DNA of 46,586 bases from an uncultured Eubacterium sp. GTDB lineage: Bacteria > Bacillota > Clostridia > Lachnospirales > Lachnospiraceae. The stretch lies in the NCBI GenBank assembly GCA_964526765.1, contig CAZGMH010000002.1, positions 3,128 to 49,713 on the forward strand, in the 5' to 3' direction. The translations under genes and the position numbers were made by a program. Positions 39,192 to 46,586 of the stretch are shown here, in pieces. The notes under the pieces are model-generated. The model saw only the letters and a program-made list of their open reading frames with translations. It did not search any database and was not told where the DNA came from. The first letter of the stretch is position 1. Every line of letters starts with the position of its first letter.

Positions 39192-39671
39192 TTACTTATG
39201 ATATGGCTCATTTCCAAGAATCCGATATGCACGGTAAATCTGCTCCAACAGAATCACCCGCATCAACTGATGCGGGAAAGTCATATCGGAAAAACTCAAA
39301 CACATATCAGCCCGTTTCAAAATTTTATCGGAGAGCCCCAGAGAACCGCCGATCACAAACCCGATTTCACTTGTGCCGTGAAGTCCCAGATTCCCTATTT
39401 TTTCCGAAAAGGCAATCGAATCCAGCTTTTTACCATCAATGGCAAGAGCAATCAGATAGACGCCGTCTTTTATCTGTTTTGCCAGGCGTTCTCCTTCCCT
39501 TTCCTTAATCTGAAATTCTTCAGCTTCGCCGGCTCTCTCCGGCGTTTTTTCGTCCGTCACTTCCACAATCTTTAATTTACAGTACCGCCCAAGCCGTTTT
39601 ACATATTCGTCAATCGCCTGCCGGTAAAAATTTTCTTTAATTTTCCCTACTGTATACAATGTAATATTCAT
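39192..39671 (-). CDS. rlmH: 23S rRNA (pseudouridine1915-N3)-methyltransferase RlmH
   Basis: VGKIKE, FVIGGSLG, TFPHQLMRVILLEQIYRA and PYHK end. Confidence 0.98.
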   Translation of the reverse strand: MNITLYTVGKIKENFYRQAIDEYVKRLGRYCKLKIVEVTDEKTPERAGEAEEFQIKEREGERLAKQIKDGVYLIALAIDGKKLDSIAFSEKIGNLGLHGTSEIGFVIGGSLGLSDKILKRADMCLSFSDMTFPHQLMRVILLEQIYRAYRILGNEPYHK

Positions 39672-39821
39672 GAAATTATTATTTCATAATCATATTCTGT
39701 TGTAAAGCTGAAAATTCTTTTGCGGATAAATACAGATGCATGGCATAATCCAAATCATATTCTCTCAAATACATTTCCGGTGATTTTGCGTTTTTTTCTG
39801 CCGCCCCTTTCACATTTTCTG

Positions 39822-39849
39822 TTGAGGAATTTCTTTCCTGTGTTATAAT
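39822..39849 (+). promoter_or_regulatory. Sigma-A promoter of xpt (extended -10)
   Basis: TTGAGG-N16-TATAAT with TG at the extended -10 position. Confidence 0.55.
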
Positions 39850-39884
39850 CAGTATAACGTTGATTGATTCAGGGAGGCATATTC

Positions 39885-40481
39885 ATGCAATTATTAAAAG
39901 AAAAAATCCTTGCGGAAGGAATAGCGGTAAATGAAAATATTTTAAAAGTAGACAGTTTTATTAATCATCAGATTGATCCGGTTCTGATGCAGCAGATTGG
40001 AGGCGAATTTGCCAGACATTTTGAAGGGCAGGGAATCACAAAGATAATTACCATTGAAAGTTCCGGTATCGCTCCGGCATTGGCAACTGCCATTGCCATG
40101 CATATTCCGATGATTATCCTGAAAAAAGAGCCTTCCAGTGTTCTGAATAAAAACTTATATCAGACGGTTGTGACTTCTTTTACAAAAGGGACAAGCTACG
40201 AACTGACGCTTGCTATGAATCTGATAGATGAGAATGACCATGTTCTGATTATTGACGATTTTCTCGCAAACGGGGAAGCGGCAACCGGAGCAGTCCGCCT
40301 GATTCGCAAAACACATGCGACAATTGCGGGAATCGGCATTTTGATTGAAAAATCATTTCAGCCCGGACGGGAAAAGCTGACCCAGCAGGGCATTCCCGTA
40401 TATTCTCTCGCCAGAATTTCAAAAATGGCTGAAAACCATATCGAATTTGTCCAGGAAGAGGATGAAGAACATATGTTATAG
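39885..40481 (+). CDS. xpt: Xanthine phosphoribosyltransferase
   Basis: LKVDSFINHQIDP, TIESSGIAPA, IIDDFLANG and IEKSFQPG; start at ATG 39885 after GGGAGG. Confidence 0.95.
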   Translation: MQLLKEKILAEGIAVNENILKVDSFINHQIDPVLMQQIGGEFARHFEGQGITKIITIESSGIAPALATAIAMHIPMIILKKEPSSVLNKNLYQTVVTSFTKGTSYELTLAMNLIDENDHVLIIDDFLANGEAATGAVRLIRKTHATIAGIGILIEKSFQPGREKLTQQGIPVYSLARISKMAENHIEFVQEEDEEHML

Positions 40482-40510
40482 TAAATCGCACAATATCGTC
40501 ACATAATATC

Positions 40511-40570
40511 ACAGGCCGCCGGGAAAGAAACTGTAAAAAAGCGGATTCCTTTTCCGGCGGTCTGTTTATA
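40511..40570 (+). terminator. Probable terminator hairpin after xpt
   Basis: ACAGGCCGCCGGGAAAG / CTTTTCCGGCGGTCTGT stem (with G-U pairs) followed by an AT-rich run. Confidence 0.6.
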
Positions 40571-40694
40571 TAAAAATATCTGCGGCATCTCAACGCCATT
40601 GCCCCCTCAATCTTGAGGGATCAGGCATTTTTGCGCCGGACGCTTATTGCGAAGCAATAAGGAAGCACAGCTTCGCCCTGTTCCGGTCCTATAA

Positions 40695-41459
40695 TCAAAG
40701 CGTACTTCCAAAATCGCTGACAATTGCCTGTCCTGTAATTGCACGGGATTCATCACTGGCAAGGAACAGTAAAATATTGGCAACATCCTGCGGCATACAC
40801 GGCTGGATTTTTAAATCTGCATGTTTTGCCATCTGCCCAATCATATCCGGATCCATATTTGCGGGCGTCATATTTGCAACCATAGGTGTCGCGATTGTAC
40901 TTGGACACACTGCGTTGCAGCGGACGCCCGTCCCGGCAAATCTGAGAGCCGTATGTTTTGTAATTCCCACGATAGCGGCTTTAGACGCTACATAAGCGGC
41001 GCCTCCGCATCCTAATACGCCGGCAACAGACGCTACATTTACAATCGAACCCTGTCCGTTCTCCAGCATTTTTTTGCTTGCCTCGCGTACACAATACATG
41101 GTTCCTTTCGTATTTGTATCGATAATACGGTTCATATCTGCATCTTCCACACGGTCGATCGGTTTTAATCCCGCCTCGAGAACCCCCGCGTTATTGATCA
41201 GAATATCCACTTTTCCAAATGCCTCAACCGTCTTTTCTATTAAATTTCTGGCATCTTCCGGCTTTGAGATATCCGTTATTACCGGTAAAACCTCGCCTCC
41301 CGCCTCACGGATTTTCGACGCCACTTCTTCAAGCTGAGCCTGCCGGCGGGCGCTGATAACAACTTTTGCACCCTCTTTTGCAAACAAAAGCGCGGTTGCG
41401 GCGCCTACTCCTGAGTTTCCGCCTGTAACTACAGCAACTTTACCCTGTAATCTTCCCAT
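40695..41459 (-). CDS. Short-chain dehydrogenase/reductase (SDR)
   Basis: TGGNSGVG, NNAG, VNVAS and catalytic YVASK. Confidence 0.95.
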   Translation of the reverse strand: MGRLQGKVAVVTGGNSGVGAATALLFAKEGAKVVISARRQAQLEEVASKIREAGGEVLPVITDISKPEDARNLIEKTVEAFGKVDILINNAGVLEAGLKPIDRVEDADMNRIIDTNTKGTMYCVREASKKMLENGQGSIVNVASVAGVLGCGGAAYVASKAAIVGITKHTALRFAGTGVRCNAVCPSTIATPMVANMTPANMDPDMIGQMAKHADLKIQPCMPQDVANILLFLASDESRAITGQAIVSDFGSTL

Positions 41460-41532
41460 TTTAATAACCTCCTGATATATGAAATATACTCACATGCTAA
41501 ATTGTATTTTTTAATACAATCTGCATGAATGA

Positions 41533-41561
41533 ATTATACTGTATAAATTTCATTTATTCAA
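41533..41561 (-). promoter_or_regulatory. Sigma-A promoter of the SDR gene
   Basis: Minus strand TTGAAT-N17-TATAAT. Confidence 0.7.
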
Positions 41562-41609
41562 GCAAAATTAACGGCAAAATGATTGGAAAAGAGTCATTCA
41601 TGAGTCATT

Positions 41610-41631
41610 CCGTGCCGGAATTCCGGCACGG
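41610..41631. repeat. Perfect 22-bp palindrome (terminator-like)
   Basis: CCGTGCCGGAATTCCGGCACGG just after the stop of the 298-aa gene. Confidence 0.7.
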
Positions 41632-41637
41632 CGAATC

Positions 41638-42534
41638 CTAATGTGTATTAAACATCAGAACATACTGTCCGTGGTTTGTCAGATCCACCAGCGCTCTCTC
41701 GTCCGACTTATCAGCAAATAAATACCATGAACTCCCGCCATCCTCATATACGACAGCGACATCAGAAAATTCATAATATTCCTTCAAAAAATCTTCCATA
41801 TACGTATAATCATACCGGATATCCTCGGCGTTAAATCCCATATAGTCTGCCAGAGATACATCAAGGATATATTGGAATGATATCACTTTCCCGCTGAGAT
41901 CATCAATCCACAGGTACAACTCATTGCCATATTGATCCTGAATCAGGCACTGCCATACAATAGCGGATATGCTCTGCGGTTCATTATCGATGTCCATTTC
42001 GTTCATCACAGCATCCAGACGGTCATTTCGCCTTATGGCTTTTACTGTATAACTATCCGTGTAGCTGTAAACATCCGAAGCCGTATTTCCGTCGTAAGTT
42101 TCGTTTTCTCCGGAATCCACACTTTCTTCGGAAACCACATTTTCTTCGGACTCTGTCACCGGCTCCTCTTCCGGTTCTTTTTTCATCGCCAGAAACACAT
42201 TGCTTTTAAAGCTGTCAATCTCGCTGTCCTTCGGAATAAGCGCCTTTTGTGTAAAATATGTCAGAAATTCCCGGGAAATTTCCTGAATCTCCTCGTCGGT
42301 ATGTATTTTACCGCTCTCCAATTCCACTTCCTCATACCCATATGATAACAGCTTGATACAATCCAGCACATGATAGGAGGTCGGAAACTGTACGGCTTCG
42401 CTTCCATAGACATCCACCTGCGATAAATTCTGTTTTTCCTGATAATCCGCGGTCAGACCCGGCAGGGAAAAGCCCGCCAGCACAGCCGCCAGAGTAAAAA
42501 TTACAAAAATACTGCCTGTCCGTTTTCTTTTCAT
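41638..42534 (-). CDS. Exported or membrane-anchored acidic hypothetical protein, coupled to the histidine kinase
   Basis: Basic N-terminus plus hydrophobic helix; acidic body; ATGA overlap with the kinase gene. Confidence 0.75.
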   Translation of the reverse strand: MKRKRTGSIFVIFTLAAVLAGFSLPGLTADYQEKQNLSQVDVYGSEAVQFPTSYHVLDCIKLLSYGYEEVELESGKIHTDEEIQEISREFLTYFTQKALIPKDSEIDSFKSNVFLAMKKEPEEEPVTESEENVVSEESVDSGENETYDGNTASDVYSYTDSYTVKAIRRNDRLDAVMNEMDIDNEPQSISAIVWQCLIQDQYGNELYLWIDDLSGKVISFQYILDVSLADYMGFNAEDIRYDYTYMEDFLKEYYEFSDVAVVYEDGGSSWYLFADKSDERALVDLTNHGQYVLMFNTH

Positions 42535-43934
42535 GTCCGTCCACCCCGCAATATTACACTTACCATAGTCCCCTGTCCGACAACGCTCTCAATGTGCAAA
42601 GCTCCGCCGTGAATTTCGGCAATCTTACTGCACAGGGTTAATCCCAGTCCGGCGCCTCCCTGGGCGCGGGAACGGGATTTATCCACCCGGTAGAATGCTT
42701 CTGTCAGATGCTCCAACGATTCCTTTGGGATTCCGCGCCCGTTGTCCCGGCAGCTTATCCTGCAGCCGTCATCTGTCATCTGACAGGATATCCTGATTTT
42801 TCCGCCGCCATCCATAGCTTTCCGGGCATTGTCCACCAGATTCAGCAGCAATGTTTTGACCAGGTCGATTTCCAGTAAACAGGTTCCCTCCTCACACTCT
42901 GCCTCCAGTTGAATACCGAATTTTAAATAGACCGGACTCAGATATTCCAGGAAGTCCGAAATAAGCTGTCCCGGTGAACAGAGCAGAAATACATTTTCCT
43001 GCTGATTCACCATAAATACCGAAAGAAGCTTTTGGGACAGGCTTTCCAGTCTTTTCCCCTCGGTAAAAATATAATTTGCAGCTTCAGCACTCTCCTCCTG
43101 GGACAATGTCTGCCCGCGGATTAAATCTGCATAACCGATCACGGAGGTCATCGGCGTTTTTAACTCATGGGCAAAGCTTCCCATAAAAGCTTCCTGACGC
43201 TCCATAGACTCCTTTATTTCCTCGATGCTCAGTTCTACCTGCTGTGCCATTTCATCAAAATCATGGGCAAGAATCCCAATCTCATCCGATGAATCCACAC
43301 CGCTCCGGAACGAAAGATTTCCTGAAGCAATCTCCCTGGCAGCCCTGGACAATTTTGAGAGCGGCCGCGTCAAAAGCATGGAAATGAGCCACGCCAGAAT
43401 CAGGCAGAAAATGAGCATTACCGCAAAAATCCGGTAAAACACAGAATTTTGTTCATTCCGCATCTCATATACGGAAGTAATATCATAGAGAACGTCCAGA
43501 TAAAGCTGATCGCCCCCGACATCCAACACCCCGGATAACTGCATGTACTGCTCCTGCCCATTTCCGGTCACATATGCAATCGCATAGTGCTCCTCGTCAA
43601 TCTGGTCATCCACCTTTCTGAAAATCTCCTGCTTACTTCCCATATGATAATAGCTTTTCTTCCCGTCGGTGAGCTGACAGTCGCTCCAGAGGGCGCCTCC
43701 CTTTTCCATCAGGTTCTGGAGAGATGCCGATACATCCTTCCCGTCCGCCCACATGTCCACGCCATCCAGAATCTGCAGCGTGCGTATCAGCATCCTGTAG
43801 GAATTTTGCGCAGTCCGCCGCTCCCTGTCTAAGGAGCTCTGAAAAGAAATTGCAATCAGAAGGCTTCCGCCAATCCCAAACAGAATCGCCATAAGCGCGA
43901 CCATGCACAGCATAATTTTCAACCGGAATTTCAT
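42531..43934 (-). CDS. HAMP-domain sensor histidine kinase
   Basis: Two TM helices, HAMP, H-box FAHELKTPMT, NLVDNA, DNGRGI, FYRVDKSRSR and GAGLGL. Confidence 0.96.
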   Translation of the reverse strand: MKFRLKIMLCMVALMAILFGIGGSLLIAISFQSSLDRERRTAQNSYRMLIRTLQILDGVDMWADGKDVSASLQNLMEKGGALWSDCQLTDGKKSYYHMGSKQEIFRKVDDQIDEEHYAIAYVTGNGQEQYMQLSGVLDVGGDQLYLDVLYDITSVYEMRNEQNSVFYRIFAVMLIFCLILAWLISMLLTRPLSKLSRAAREIASGNLSFRSGVDSSDEIGILAHDFDEMAQQVELSIEEIKESMERQEAFMGSFAHELKTPMTSVIGYADLIRGQTLSQEESAEAANYIFTEGKRLESLSQKLLSVFMVNQQENVFLLCSPGQLISDFLEYLSPVYLKFGIQLEAECEEGTCLLEIDLVKTLLLNLVDNARKAMDGGGKIRISCQMTDDGCRISCRDNGRGIPKESLEHLTEAFYRVDKSRSRAQGGAGLGLTLCSKIAEIHGGALHIESVVGQGTMVSVILRGGRT

Positions 43935-43937
43935 CTG

Positions 43938-44591
43938 TTATACCTCCAGCCGGTATCCTACCTTGTTTACAGATTTCAGTTTTTGCTCCCAGCCAATCTT
44001 TTTTCTGAGGCGCTGCACATGAAGGTCTACGGTCTTGCTCCCGTATCCCAGGATTCCGCCCCATACCCGCTCATAAATCGTTCCGCGGTACAGCGCCGTG
44101 TTCGGGTTGCGTGCAAACAAAAGCAGCAACTCATATTCTTTCGGAGTCAGAAATATTTCCTCTCCCGCCTTTTGTACCCGCATGGAACGCACGTCGATCT
44201 CGACGTCGTCCAGCACAATCCGGTCATCCGATTTATGGTAACGCCGCAGTACCACGTCAATTCGCGCCAGCAGCTCAATAATTTCAAAAGGTTTTACAAT
44301 ATAATCCTCCGCGCCGGATTTCAGTCCCTTTACCCGGTCTGTCACGGCATTTTTCGCAGTGATAAATATAACCGGTATCTCAAGCGGACGAATATATTCC
44401 ATCAATTCAAACCCGTCAATTTTTGGCAGCATCACATCCAGCAAAATCAAATCATATACATTTTCATCAATCGCAGCGAGAGCCTGTTCGCCGTCATAAG
44501 CGCAATCGCACATATAGCCATTTTTTGTCAGGCTCATTTTCATCAGATTAGAAATCGGCTTTTCATCTTCCACAAGTAATATTTTTATCAA
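43938..44591 (-). CDS. OmpR/PhoB family response regulator
   Basis: LLVEDE, LLDVMLP, DYIVKPF, LTPKEYELL and GYRLE; start probably TTG 44591 after GGAGG (ORF track 44615). Confidence 0.96.
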   Translation of the reverse strand: MIKILLVEDEKPISNLMKMSLTKNGYMCDCAYDGEQALAAIDENVYDLILLDVMLPKIDGFELMEYIRPLEIPVIFITAKNAVTDRVKGLKSGAEDYIVKPFEIIELLARIDVVLRRYHKSDDRIVLDDVEIDVRSMRVQKAGEEIFLTPKEYELLLLFARNPNTALYRGTIYERVWGGILGYGSKTVDLHVQRLRKKIGWEQKLKSVNKVGYRLEV

Positions 44592-44612
44592 AGTGTCGCA
44601 CCTCCGTGTAAT

Positions 44613-44649
44613 CATCAGCTTACATCATTACGGCATCAAAACGGCATCA
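44613..44649 (-). promoter_or_regulatory. Tandem direct repeats, candidate response-regulator binding site
   Basis: TGATG four times at 10-11 bp spacing, two copies as TGATGCCGT. Confidence 0.5.
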
Positions 44650-44652
44650 TGA

Positions 44653-45784
<1,132 letters not shown>

Positions 45785-45924
45785 ATCTTTTAACTGTCAG
45801 ATAACAGTAAATAATAACTCCCTTCCTGTTGTTCACCATATTTTTTATAGGGATATGTTATCACAAAACCTTAAGGAAAGCCAGCAGGATATCATTCGTT
45901 CCTCTTTAACTTCACAATATAAAC

Positions 45925-46533
45925 TCACAACCGATATAGGATTAAACCGCCTTTTTTCTCATATCCGGTATCCCACAGCTCCCCGAAGTTCATCCACTGC
46001 CAGCTTCCATATGTGACCGCCTTTACCATCAGGTTTTCTTCCGTCTGTTCATATCCGGTCAGTAAAAACCAGTGCCACACATAATCCCTGAACGCCGGAT
46101 TCTGATGTTTGAGAACAAGACACGGCGCTAAAAGCCCGCCGTCAATCTGCTCCTTTACGGCAAAGACTGCCTCTTTCAAATCACAGTGTCCGGGCAGCGC
46201 TTCCATTGTCAGTTCCGTTTCCCCGGCATCCCTCAAATACGCTCCCATTCCGTCGAGGTAAATTTCCAGCCGGTCAATACCGTTTATTCTGGGATGCAGA
46301 TATGGTTTCATAATATTTGTAAACCGGATATAATCTTCCTGTCCAAGACTGCCTTTGTCATAGGGATACAGAATATCCTTTCCTTTGTACAGGCTCAGAT
46401 AGATGCAGCTGTCACAGGCTGTTACCGCTGCGCATCCTCCCATTTTCATAAACTTATCCTTTAACCGGTCCTGATTCCCGCCGTAATCCAATCCAATATT
46501 AAAATAGTCCAATTCTTTTCTCAAATCATTCAT
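45925..46533 (-). CDS. Hypothetical protein with probable papain-like (C39-like) fold
   Basis: Q...GGCAAVTA (Cys) and WHWFLLTGY (His) pattern. Confidence 0.55.
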   Translation of the reverse strand: MNDLRKELDYFNIGLDYGGNQDRLKDKFMKMGGCAAVTACDSCIYLSLYKGKDILYPYDKGSLGQEDYIRFTNIMKPYLHPRINGIDRLEIYLDGMGAYLRDAGETELTMEALPGHCDLKEAVFAVKEQIDGGLLAPCLVLKHQNPAFRDYVWHWFLLTGYEQTEENLMVKAVTYGSWQWMNFGELWDTGYEKKGGLILYRL

Positions 46534-46586
46534 TACAGTTTAAATCTATGTCCTTATAATTTAAATTTACGCCTGATTTCCTCAAA

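Noticed and set aside
39672-39884. Purine riboswitch upstream of xpt
   Set aside because: No GATATGG/TTTCTACC/CCGTAAA core, and the promoter sits too close to the RBS.

Overview
Chromosomal region of a spore-forming Clostridia bacterium (gene content and order suggest Lachnospiraceae), almost entirely on the minus strand. It contains carB, yqfC-yqfD-phoH-ybeY, a SpoVB/MurJ-like flippase, two flavoproteins, mutS-mutL-miaA-ynbB and a radC-mreBCD-PBP-minD-rodA-mgsA-dac cell-shape operon leading towards yggS. Accessory parts are an AraC/sugar-permease/two-esterase cassette, an SDR, a two-component system with a partner protein, a lipoprotein nuclease, a papain-like protein and two gene remnants (GNAT, GH13). 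I found no tRNA, rRNA, CRISPR array, transposase or integrase. The most unusual signals are: (1) a remodelled cell-shape operon, with MreB carrying non-canonical ATPase motifs (EEP->DKP, DIGGGTT->DIGADTT), an oversized class B PBP, and MinD without minC/minE or an amphipathic tail; (2) a three-copy covarying hairpin motif at 23101-23260 interleaved with extended -10 boxes; (3) a perfect 15-bp inverted repeat bracketing the RBS and start of a BofC-like gene. All calls come from motif recognition by eye; no database searches were run.
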